NCBI GenBank assembly: GCA_035289425.1
Contig: DATDXC010000038.1
Location: 732 to 64,731 of the forward strand
Direction: 5' to 3'
Source: Candidatus Nanoarchaeia archaeon
GTDB lineage: Archaea; Nanobdellota; Nanobdellia; Woesearchaeales; DATDXC01
Length of the DNA: 64,000 nt
Part shown: one piece after another, positions 17,469 through 26,084 of the stretch
Layout of the letters: each line of letters starts with the position of its first letter
Position numbering within the stretch: position 1 is the first letter of the stretch
Made by a program: the position numbers and the translations under genes
The notes under the pieces: model-generated
Told to the model about the DNA's origin: nothing
The model's input: only the letters and a program-made list of their open reading frames with translations
The model's database searches: none

Positions 17469-18622
17469 TTTTTATCTCCCCCATGAACTCTTAAGTCCCT
17501 CACATACCCTGGGCCTGGTCTATATGTTCTATCGATAGGTAGTGTAACTGGTCGTCCAAGTTCGCATGATTGGTACAAAGCCAATATAAGTTCTAATGTT
17601 CGAGTCGCATCATCTGGGCTTACAGCTAATTTATTGGAACCTTGAATATGTCTGACTATATTCTGAATTTGAGTCCTATGGGCCATAAGCGGAATAATGT
17701 TGGGATCAGAAGCACTGCTTACACTCTCATATTGTGGATCAGTATATGGAGCATTATCTCGCAGCTGCCAAACTTCCTGTTTAAGATTACCTCCTGCTAA
17801 TATTATCTCCCCTTCAGTTCCCTTCACTATAACCTGTTCCTTATAACCCTCTCTTGATTTCAAATGTGTGGCTGCAAAAATGGTTCCTGTTGCCCCATTT
17901 TCAAATCCTACGGAGGCATACGCATGGTCTTCAGTTTGAATAGAGTGATAGATACGACGTGCTTCTCCAAAAATCTCTCTGACCTCACCACCCAGATGCC
18001 TAAGCAAATCAATGAAATGGATTCCTTGGTTCATCGCAGCGCCACCACCATCATACTGCAATGTTCCTCTCCAGTTTTCTTTATAATATTTAGGATCTCT
18101 CCACCAGGGAACCAGCGCATGTACTTCAGTAAGGTCCCCTAGTTTTCCGTCTTGAATAGCTTGCCTTGTCCTTTGTACACTCGGTTCAAATCTTTTCTGG
18201 GAGACTGGTGCCAGAACAACTCCTTGTGTAAGACAAGCATCAGTCAAATAATCAGCAGCCTTTAAAGTAACTTCAAGCGGTTTATCCATTATCATATGCT
18301 TGCCAGCTTCTGCTGCCCTTACACCATATGATGCATGCTCTCCTGAAGGAGTTACGATGATTACTGCGTTAATATCGTCTCTTGCTAAGAATTCATCAAG
18401 CTCAGTTGTAAAAGTGATATCGCTTGGTAACTCTACACCTTTTTCAGTACCTAATCGTTGCCTGAACTGTTGAAATCTTTCATCGCCACCTCGGTGATTG
18501 AAGTATCCGACAATGTGGGCTCCCTCAACTGGAGGCATGCCTTCCTGGCCTATGATCGCAACTGTATGCATAACTGCAGCATTTCCTAAGCCAATGATTC
18601 CGATTCCGAGGTCTGGCAGCAT
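17453..18622 (-). CDS. Gfo/Idh/MocA-family NAD(P)-dependent oxidoreductase
   Basis: Rossmann GIGIIGLGNAAVMH. MDKPLE (EKP motif). C-terminal alpha/beta domain. Confidence 0.8.
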   Translation of the reverse strand: MLPDLGIGIIGLGNAAVMHTVAIIGQEGMPPVEGAHIVGYFNHRGGDERFQQFRQRLGTEKGVELPSDITFTTELDEFLARDDINAVIIVTPSGEHASYGVRAAEAGKHMIMDKPLEVTLKAADYLTDACLTQGVVLAPVSQKRFEPSVQRTRQAIQDGKLGDLTEVHALVPWWRDPKYYKENWRGTLQYDGGGAAMNQGIHFIDLLRHLGGEVREIFGEARRIYHSIQTEDHAYASVGFENGATGTIFAATHLKSREGYKEQVIVKGTEGEIILAGGNLKQEVWQLRDNAPYTDPQYESVSSASDPNIIPLMAHRTQIQNIVRHIQGSNKLAVSPDDATRTLELILALYQSCELGRPVTLPIDRTYRPGPGYVRDLRVHGGDKKCQQT

Positions 18623-18630
18623 TTACTTTT

Positions 18631-19632
18631 CTAACCTCTTACAAGTCTAAATCCTTTTTGCTCTAAGAAGTCGCTTGCGATTACAACTTTGTTGTCGTCC
18701 AGAGTTTTAGTCGCTCTTCTTATGGCACGATTTAGGAAGAGGTCTCCTGGATCATAACTTTCACCTGAAGACTCCAGTACAAAGAGACCATTTTTACCCG
18801 CACGTACAGCATGCCAATGTCCTGGTGGAATAGTATAATTTTCTCCTAATACCATCGGTACAGTAACTATCTCCCCTGGCCTAAATACCCTTGGTATTAT
18901 CTCTCTTTCTGCTGCTGGAACTGATGCCCAAACACTGTCAGACAAATTGAAATCAACCGCCCGTTCGTCTTTCCTGCCTAGACTTACACCTATATAGTTA
19001 CCATCTCCATGCCAAACAGTAAAGGTCTCTCCTTTTCCAGCGATGACTTCTCCACCATATTTTGCAGCGAAACTTCTGATACTCTCAAGAGTCCTTTCTG
19101 ATGTGCCTCTTTTTGGAACATAATATGCAAACTGAGATGTATCAAATTCTCCTCTCTTGTCTGCCGGTCCAAAATCAGGATTAAGCTGTTCAATAGGTGT
19201 AAGATACTTTAAGAATCTTGGTCTTGCTCTTGTTACTGCTTCCCTGTAAAGCACAACAATAGGATCATGTTCATGAAACGGCAAATATTGTCCAATTTCA
19301 GCACCTTCTTTTGCAGCTGTCCAGCTAAGGGCTTTACTTCCATAACCGGAAGATTTAATCGCCGGAGCAGTATTGGTAGCAGGTAAAATTATTGTGGGAG
19401 CTTGATTAGTTATTACCATCAGCTCAAGTCCTTGATCATCTATTGTAGTCTGATCTAGCGACCGTGGATCTCCAGTAAATGTATCTCCTACATTAAACTT
19501 CGGGTTTGTTAGACTAAAATCTGCTACTTCCATGTATCTTGGTCCTCGAACAGCTGCGTATGTAGGTAAAACTTTAGCCATTATCGCGTGTGATGCATCT
19601 TGTACTCTAAACAATGTTTCGTTTGTTAACAT
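18631..19632 (-). CDS. cupin-fold protein, possible sugar isomerase
   Basis: C-terminal cupin motif PPGHWHAVRAGKNGLFVLESSG. Sits inside a sugar-catabolic operon. Confidence 0.35.
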   Translation of the reverse strand: MLTNETLFRVQDASHAIMAKVLPTYAAVRGPRYMEVADFSLTNPKFNVGDTFTGDPRSLDQTTIDDQGLELMVITNQAPTIILPATNTAPAIKSSGYGSKALSWTAAKEGAEIGQYLPFHEHDPIVVLYREAVTRARPRFLKYLTPIEQLNPDFGPADKRGEFDTSQFAYYVPKRGTSERTLESIRSFAAKYGGEVIAGKGETFTVWHGDGNYIGVSLGRKDERAVDFNLSDSVWASVPAAEREIIPRVFRPGEIVTVPMVLGENYTIPPGHWHAVRAGKNGLFVLESSGESYDPGDLFLNRAIRRATKTLDDNKVVIASDFLEQKGFRLVRG

Positions 19633-19638
19633 TTTTCA

Positions 19639-21231
19639 TTACCTCGCCTTTGCTGCAGCCGCAGCTTCAAATTGTTTGTAAGCTTCAAACATCCCCTGGT
19701 AGACTGCATGTCTTGCTGAATTTGGTGTAAATGTTTTTGATACAGTCTCAAATGGAGATAACACCTCATTCCATGGAGTTGGTTGATCCTCATTGAGATA
19801 GGCATGCCTTGCCCTTAAAGCTGCTCCTAATGTAGCAGAATCAGAAACATCTCTTCGGTAGACTTCTTTTCCAGTAATATCCGCAATCGTCTGCACAAGC
19901 CCATCATTGTCTGAGGCTCCTGCTGTGACAAATAACCTCTTTGGCTCGATACCCATAGCTTCTAATTTTGCCATCATTGAGAATATTTTATACTCCACCA
20001 TCGCTTTAATGTTGTACATATCTCCATTTTCAAATCCAGGCGAACGGTCAGTTAATGGTTTGGAAGTTTTTGGTGCTATTTCAGCTTCATGCCAATACAC
20101 TGCCATCTTTTTCGGATCTGGATTTGTGTCAAGAAGATATTGTGAGACAGCTGCCCAATCCATTCCAAACTCTTTTGCAATCTTTTCTCTTACTGTTGAT
20201 CCATTCTTCCAACATGCTAAGTACATATTATGGTTAAACTCTTTTGGGTCTCCGAACACGCAAGTGCCACCAGAGTAATCCCATTTTTTGCTGGCACCCA
20301 TAGATCCAAAAACAGTGTCGCTGGTTCCTAAGCTGATACCTATATCTCCATCGCCGGTCAATACAACTCCGACTAATGAATTTGGGTTGTCTCCTGAGAA
20401 TGGAGCTACTGAAGCATCTAGACCAAATCTATTAACTATGTAGTTTGATGTTGCACCGCTCAACTGATCAGCTGCACCAATGTTAGGTAGCCTTATTAGT
20501 AGATTAGTTGCAGTTGCTCTTGTCAATATCTTTGACCAGGCTCTTCTGTCAACATTCATCAGCATCATGCCGCCAGCATCTCCCGGATCAACCTTTGCCT
20601 GACCTGTCAACAGTCCATAATGAAATGATGAAACAAGGTGAACTTCCTTAGTATCATGCCATGCATTACCATACATTTGCTCGAATTTTCTGATTTGAGG
20701 ACCGGTAAGCCTTTCAAATGCTCCGCCACCTGTCAAATCAACAATTCGGAGAGATCCGCCAACAGCTTCGATGATCTCTTCCATCTGGCTTGTTGTTGAA
20801 GAGTCTTTCCATACAGCTGCAGTATATCTTGAGTCGCCTCGAATAGTATCAGTTCTGGTAAAAGCAAATCTATCAATGAGCTGACCCGTAAGCGGTTGAG
20901 ATGGGTCTAATGAATTGACTATTGTCGATATGGGCATCCTTAAAAGAACAGATCCATGCTGTTGTCCAGAACCGGAAACAGCCGCAATGTTTTTTCTCAT
21001 TTCTTTAGGAATGCCTGTCAGAATATGGTCCAGACCCATTGTCCACACTACTGGCGAGCCCAGAACAACATTACCCTCAAGCTCCCAGAAACCATCTTTA
21101 AGAATATATCCCGGAGGTTGGATATCATCATACTTAACAGATTCTCTATGCACGACATTTTTTCCATCGATGACAACAGCAGTAGTTGACTGAGAACTTC
21201 CTTCGATCCCTAAAAATAGTTTTTCTTCCAT
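19639..21231 (-). CDS. FGGY-family carbohydrate kinase (xylulo-/ribulokinase-like)
   Basis: N-terminal actin-fold motif FLGIEGSSQSTTAVVIDG. C-terminal FVTAGASDNDGLVQTIADITG. Start set at the ATG at 21231, which has a GGTGA ribosome-binding site 5 nt upstream; the ORF-track start is at 21312. Confidence 0.8.
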   Translation of the reverse strand: MEEKLFLGIEGSSQSTTAVVIDGKNVVHRESVKYDDIQPPGYILKDGFWELEGNVVLGSPVVWTMGLDHILTGIPKEMRKNIAAVSGSGQQHGSVLLRMPISTIVNSLDPSQPLTGQLIDRFAFTRTDTIRGDSRYTAAVWKDSSTTSQMEEIIEAVGGSLRIVDLTGGGAFERLTGPQIRKFEQMYGNAWHDTKEVHLVSSFHYGLLTGQAKVDPGDAGGMMLMNVDRRAWSKILTRATATNLLIRLPNIGAADQLSGATSNYIVNRFGLDASVAPFSGDNPNSLVGVVLTGDGDIGISLGTSDTVFGSMGASKKWDYSGGTCVFGDPKEFNHNMYLACWKNGSTVREKIAKEFGMDWAAVSQYLLDTNPDPKKMAVYWHEAEIAPKTSKPLTDRSPGFENGDMYNIKAMVEYKIFSMMAKLEAMGIEPKRLFVTAGASDNDGLVQTIADITGKEVYRRDVSDSATLGAALRARHAYLNEDQPTPWNEVLSPFETVSKTFTPNSARHAVYQGMFEAYKQFEAAAAAKAR

Positions 21232-21435
21232 CTTTTTCACCTTATTCCTTTCAAATAATTTATGATGCTCACCGCCATACGGATGCGACCAATACGGCAG
21301 TAATACATTCATCGTTGATCATGAGTTTTTATATTTCTATGATTAACTATTTTTCAAAACTCTTTTTTAAAATCCCCTGAAAAAATTATACCTTAAAGTT
21401 GGTTTATTATTTATAAATATTTGTATTTGACTGAC

Positions 21436-21469
21436 GTCAAATGTGTCCCAAAGTGGTGACAAAAAATAG
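21436..21469. repeat. copy A of conserved ~30-nt palindromic motif (TGM/TrmB-operator-like)
   Basis: GTCAAATGTGTCCCAAAGTGGTGACAAAAAATAG aligns with the copies at 29425 and 31024. An adjacent TGACGTCA palindrome is also present. Confidence 0.5.
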
Positions 21470-21983
21470 ACATTTTGACAACACGAGAAAAAATAAAAAA
21501 GTTAGCCTACTTTATTCAATCTGTTTCTTTTTAGCCAAGTGAAGATAATTGTTTTTTGAGACAATAGATTTGCCTGTTTTCTGTTCAATTTCTTTTCTTG
21601 TATTTTCAGCTATTGCGCCAGTCTTTTGGATAACCTTTTAGCTCATAGCATGCTTTTACCCTGTCTTGAGCTATCTCTGGATTTTCTATTTCCTGAATGC
21701 GCTCATAGCCGACCTTTGCTAACTATCTTTTAAATGGTTCTGCTTTTTTAGAAGGAATCGATTGAACAATCCCGAATATAGATTCAGTATTTGCACAGTC
21801 CGTTGGCCTCATTTTACCATCTTGAGCTTCTAATTTCAACTGTACACAATTTGTGGACAGTTCAACTCCATGTTCCAATTCCCTACTTTTAAGCATATTC
21901 CAGTAATTTCTTGAATAATAAAAAAGGGAAAAACAAGCGAAAAGTTTATATATGTTTGATTATTTCAAACATATGTTTGGAAA

Positions 21984-22571
21984 ATGCAAACAATAATCAA
22001 GCCTGGAATATTGAAGATTCTAAGGATATTCTATAGCAATGGGAATAAGCCTGTGCATTTAAGGGAAATTGCCAGATCTTCCCATATGAATGAAAGCACT
22101 GCTTCAATGCATCTGAACTCGTTGGTAAAAAAAGGAATTTTAAAGGCAGCTGTTGAAGGTAATCTGAAAAAGTTTTATATCAGCAAAGACTTTACTCCTG
22201 TAATCTTACCTTTGTTTGATTATGAAAGGCTTGAAAATCTTCCATTGTTAAGGAAAAATGCAATAAAAATCTATCTTAAATCTCTTGAAACCAAGCCTCT
22301 GCTTGCTGTTGTTTTTGGCTCAACAGCAAAGGGAAATTTTAAAAATGATTCTGATATTGATATATTGGAAGTCAGCAACAGCAAAGATAACAGATCTAAA
22401 AGGGTTGTAGAGGCACAAACAGGAGTTCATATGCAGGTGTTCAGAATTGGTGAAAAACAATTTATAGAAGAGCTGAAATTAAAAAAAGATAATGTGGTGC
22501 AGTCGGCTTTAAATACTGGTTTTCCTGTTTTTAACCAGAAATACTATTATGAGGTAATCTACAATGAATGA
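21984..22571 (+). CDS. minimal nucleotidyltransferase (MNT) with N-terminal wHTH; HEPN/MNT TA module component
   Basis: Pol-beta-type nucleotidyltransferase motif AVVFGSTAKGNFKNDSDIDIL. N-terminal winged-helix region. 8-nt overlap with the HEPN gene. Confidence 0.75.
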   Translation: MQTIIKPGILKILRIFYSNGNKPVHLREIARSSHMNESTASMHLNSLVKKGILKAAVEGNLKKFYISKDFTPVILPLFDYERLENLPLLRKNAIKIYLKSLETKPLLAVVFGSTAKGNFKNDSDIDILEVSNSKDNRSKRVVEAQTGVHMQVFRIGEKQFIEELKLKKDNVVQSALNTGFPVFNQKYYYEVIYNE

Positions 22572-23082
22572 AAAACAATTAAAGGAGTTATTGGAAAACC
22601 CGCAGCTTGTTGGTGAGAAGATTGATTTTTACATAAAGAATAAAATATTGTTTAAACAGGAATTTGATGAAGCTGAGATGAAAGGCCATATACAAAAGGC
22701 AGAGCATAATGCAAGCTTTATACAGGATACTTTAAAGCAGAATTATACTGATTGGGCAATTGTTGGCTGTTATTATGCAAGTTACCATATTGCTCTGGCA
22801 TTGCTTCTCAAGAAAGGGTTTTCATCAAAAAACCATGATGCAACTCTTTGCGTATTGATAAAATATTATTATGGGAAAGAGTTAACTAAGGATGATATTG
22901 AGCTTATCAATCGCATATATCTCGATAACAATGATATCTTATTTTATGTCCAGTCAAAACAGGAACGTGAGAAAGCATCATACTCAAGCCAGATTGTTTT
23001 TGACAAGAAGCTTGTAAATGAACTAAGGCTTAAGACGCTCCTTTTTGTAAACAAAGGCAAAGATATTATTGATAAAAATTGA
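22564..23082 (+). CDS. HEPN-domain protein (HEPN/MNT module partner)
   Basis: 172 aa, all-helical. HEPN-like core KAEHNASFIQDTLKQ...AIVGCYYASYHIALALLLKKG. Translationally coupled to the MNT gene. Confidence 0.7.
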   Translation: MNEKQLKELLENPQLVGEKIDFYIKNKILFKQEFDEAEMKGHIQKAEHNASFIQDTLKQNYTDWAIVGCYYASYHIALALLLKKGFSSKNHDATLCVLIKYYYGKELTKDDIELINRIYLDNNDILFYVQSKQEREKASYSSQIVFDKKLVNELRLKTLLFVNKGKDIIDKN

Positions 23083-23471
23083 AACAACAAAATTCCATTT
23101 GTTTGTAACAAATGGTTTGACAGCAAAATAATATGCCGTTGGGATTTTGTTGTGTTCAAAAACCACATCAATGGAATCATTGAAAATCAAGGATTTTCAA
23201 TGTGCTCAGAAATCGCTTGCGATTTCCAACATTTCAGTGTCAAAAACCATCGCATATGTTTGTACTAACCACAACATGCCACCCATCTCTGATGTGTGGT
23301 TTTTGACATTAAGATTAAGGAAATAGCACCATATTAGATTATTGTTTTTTAAATTAAAAAGGAAAAAAATAAAAAAATTGTATTTGTTTAGCTGATTTTT
23401 GACTTTTTTCTTTGATTTGTATTGTCCAGCACAATAAAGTATAAATACTTGTTAGCTACATTGTAGCTAAC

Positions 23472-23609
23472 ATGAAGGAGACAAATATTCGTTTGACTGG
23501 TTTTGAGATGCTTGAGAAGCGGGTCAATAAAAGCGGTAACAGTGGTCGCGTTTATGTGCCAGTGGAATGGATTGGAAAACGCGTTAAGGTAGTCCTTCTT
23601 GAACAATGA
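23472..23609 (+). CDS. small transposase-associated protein, DUF2080/AbrB-MazE-like (45 aa)
   Basis: MKETNIRLTGFEMLEKRVNKSGNSGRVYVPVEWIGKRVKVVLLEQ. The sGNSgrvyvPvewiGk swapped-hairpin signature resembles archaeal transposon-encoded DUF2080 proteins. Its stop overlaps the transposase start (ATGA). A perfect 10+1+10 palindrome ends 1 nt before its ATG. Not in the ORF track (below 60 aa). Confidence 0.5.
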   Translation: MKETNIRLTGFEMLEKRVNKSGNSGRVYVPVEWIGKRVKVVLLEQ

Positions 23610-24925
23610 AACTCTATTGTGACAAACAGGAATTGAAGAAGAAGTCGAAAGACGAGCTTGTCGACAATCTTTATGATTCTCTTGTTGAGATTGATAAGCT
23701 CAAGCGTGAACTTCGCAAATACAAGAACCCTAACACTCCTCCGAGTGCTCATCCTTTTCTTAAGCCTGCTGTTCGGCCTGTGCGGCGGCACAGGCGCGGT
23801 GCCCCGAAGGGGCATCCTGGCACGACGAGACCGTGGCTGGTGCCGCATGAAGTGCGGCACATTCTTGGTAAAGAATGCCCTAATTGCCACAGTAAGTATG
23901 TTGGCGTGATTGGCCAGAAACATCAGCAACAAGAGGAGATGCCTCCTGAGATTCGTCCGCAGACTGTGGATGTTGTGCGTGATGTTTGCAAGTGCAACAA
24001 GTGCGGCCTCAAGTTTCTTGCCCGTGATGGCATGACTCCATTGCAGGGCAGATTTGGCATAAACCTCATAGTTCTTGTTATCTTCCTCAAGTTCATCGTA
24101 AGAGGTGTGTTGAGGAAGACCTCGAGCTTTCTTGATGCAAGCTTCGATTTGAAGCTTGCGCCTGCAAGCGTGCAGGCAATTATCGAGAGGGCGGCTAAGG
24201 CAGGAGAAGCGGAATACTCGGCATTGAAGTCGAAGATCAAGACAGCAAAGCTCTTGTACATCGATGAAACGAGCTTTCGCGTTCTTGGCCTGAACTGGTG
24301 GGTCTGGGCCTTCCGCTCTGACACTGACCTGCTGCTTGTGATTCGGAACAGCAGAAGTAGCAAGGTCCTCGAAGAGATTTTAGGCAAGGACTACACTGGC
24401 ACGATAGTGTGCGACTGTTGGCGCGCATACGACTTCCTCAGCAACGCAACTTTACAGCGTTGCTGGGCGCATTTACTACGCAAATCCGCAGAACTCGAAA
24501 GCGTCGCAGGAAGACACTTCCACAAAAAGCTCAGTAAGCTTTTTGACAGGATACTTAATTTCAATAGCAAGGAAAGAACAGAACAACAGCGAGGACATAA
24601 GTACCTGCAAATGACTGCTGAATTACAAAAAGTAATCTCGTACTACTCGCGCTATGAAGAATGCCAAGCAGTCGTCAAGTACATTGATTTTCATATAGAG
24701 AGCTGGTTCACCTGCATCAAAATCTTGGGAGTGCAGCCAACAAACAACTACGCAGAACAAGCAATCAGAGAAACAGTCTTGGTGCGAAAGATAATCGGAG
24801 CGTTCCGCTCCGAAAAAGGAACCAAGACCTACGAAACACTCGCATCACTCATTGCCACATGGCAAATCCAGAAAAAAGAAATAAAAACCGAGTTTAACCG
24901 AATGCTAAGTACAAACCTCTGCTAA
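23606..24925 (+). CDS. IS66-family transposase (TnpC-like DDE)
   Basis: N-terminal coiled coil. Zn-finger CPNCHS...CKCNKCG. DDE-region motifs LLYIDETSFRVLG, GTIVCDCWRAYDF and LQRCWAHLLRK match IS66 TnpC hallmarks. Confidence 0.85.
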   Translation: MKLYCDKQELKKKSKDELVDNLYDSLVEIDKLKRELRKYKNPNTPPSAHPFLKPAVRPVRRHRRGAPKGHPGTTRPWLVPHEVRHILGKECPNCHSKYVGVIGQKHQQQEEMPPEIRPQTVDVVRDVCKCNKCGLKFLARDGMTPLQGRFGINLIVLVIFLKFIVRGVLRKTSSFLDASFDLKLAPASVQAIIERAAKAGEAEYSALKSKIKTAKLLYIDETSFRVLGLNWWVWAFRSDTDLLLVIRNSRSSKVLEEILGKDYTGTIVCDCWRAYDFLSNATLQRCWAHLLRKSAELESVAGRHFHKKLSKLFDRILNFNSKERTEQQRGHKYLQMTAELQKVISYYSRYEECQAVVKYIDFHIESWFTCIKILGVQPTNNYAEQAIRETVLVRKIIGAFRSEKGTKTYETLASLIATWQIQKKEIKTEFNRMLSTNLC

Positions 24926-24949
24926 AAGAGCTAAACAAATACAAAAAAT

Positions 24950-26026
24950 TTATTTACCCATGATGTGATCTAAAATTTCAACTTCTAACTGCTCGTAATC
25001 CCTTTTCCTTTTGAGTTCTTCTGCATTTTTCCAATTAAATGTTCTTACTTTGTCAACTAATGTTAAAAAGATTTGTCTGCTGTGCAGTAAGTGTTTTGTT
25101 GCAATATCTGCTGGTTGTGTTCGCATAGCTTTAACATCTAGCCCGACCATCTCACCATTTCTTCCATAACCATTCTGTTCAAGGACATGCACCTGATTGA
25201 AAGCTCTTCTAATATCCACAGATCCAAATGTTTTGTCCTGATCATATTTCGGTCCATTTTGATCATTTAAGTGAACTGTCCAAAGCTTATTGCATGCTAA
25301 TGCAAACCCCATTTCATCAGATGGGTCTAAACCTGCTAGTATAGCATGGGCACTTTCAATATTAACACCTACTCTAGATTGGTCCTTTGTCATGAATGCC
25401 AAGGCTACCGCATGTCCTGTTGTAGGAATGTAAGCTTGATCCATCGGCTCATTTGGTTTTGGTTCAACAGCAATACGAATGTTTGGATCATAATCTAGCA
25501 TTACATTAATAGCATTTACCAAGTATTCAACAGAACGTCCAGGATCTTTTGCTTCTCTAATATATGTTCCTTCCCGTGCTAGCCATAATACGATAAGATC
25601 TGTTCCAAGATTATTGGCGACATCTATAGCGCATTTTGACCTATCTATAGCATATTGGCGGCATGCAGGGTTGTTAGATGTATAAGCTCCATCAATTGTT
25701 CTGTTATCTTCCCATAAACGTGGCGCAACAAATTCTGCCACCAATGATTCACCATCAAGCATGCTTTTGACTTCTCTTGCTTTTTTTCCAACTGCAGATA
25801 ATGACTTATCCATAATGCCAGGCACTGCGTCATCATCATGAAACTGCACTCCTGCAAAACCAAGAGTCCTGTACATTGCAACTTTTTTTGCAAATGTTAT
25901 TTCACCTCTAACTGCTGGCCCAAATGGATCTGCTCCTGGATGAATATTCCATGGCCCAAATGTGAACCTATATTCTGTCTTCCCCTCTTTATTGACATAT
26001 TGTGATGTTGGTTGTATTATTGCCAT
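24950..26026 (-). CDS. xylose isomerase-like TIM-barrel protein (class I XylA-like)
   Basis: N-terminus FTFGPWNIHPGADPFGPAVR...FHDDDAVPG parallels class I XylA (FTFGLWTVG..DPFG..TFHDDDL). EPKPNEP signature present. Confidence 0.7.
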   Translation of the reverse strand: MAIIQPTSQYVNKEGKTEYRFTFGPWNIHPGADPFGPAVRGEITFAKKVAMYRTLGFAGVQFHDDDAVPGIMDKSLSAVGKKAREVKSMLDGESLVAEFVAPRLWEDNRTIDGAYTSNNPACRQYAIDRSKCAIDVANNLGTDLIVLWLAREGTYIREAKDPGRSVEYLVNAINVMLDYDPNIRIAVEPKPNEPMDQAYIPTTGHAVALAFMTKDQSRVGVNIESAHAILAGLDPSDEMGFALACNKLWTVHLNDQNGPKYDQDKTFGSVDIRRAFNQVHVLEQNGYGRNGEMVGLDVKAMRTQPADIATKHLLHSRQIFLTLVDKVRTFNWKNAEELKRKRDYEQLEVEILDHIMGK

Positions 26027-26084
26027 TTTTTGTCCCCCTGCCTGTTTTTATTGCTTTTAATTTAAAAAAATAAAATAAAAAAAT

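Larger units (their letters stand above)
23083..24949. mobile_element. IS66-family insertion sequence region (ends not resolved)
   Basis: Contains the transposase gene plus a small upstream gene and a palindrome-rich 5' region. I could not identify terminal IRs or TSDs by eye, so the limits are approximate. Confidence 0.3.

Noticed and set aside
21714-21896. Possible degraded HicA-like toxin remnant (minus strand) in the decayed spacer upstream of the MNT gene
   Set aside because: A 60-codon frame begins MLKSRELE..., reminiscent of HicA N-termini, but it lacks the conserved GSHH motif and a convincing partner. Similarity is too weak to call; left as possible pseudogene debris.
23388-24428. 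Minus-strand ORFs (72, 126, 154, 63 aa) overlapping the DUF2080-like and IS66 transposase genes
   Set aside because: Antisense to a transposase with all IS66 motifs. Arg/Ser-rich low-complexity translations. Treated as shadow ORFs.
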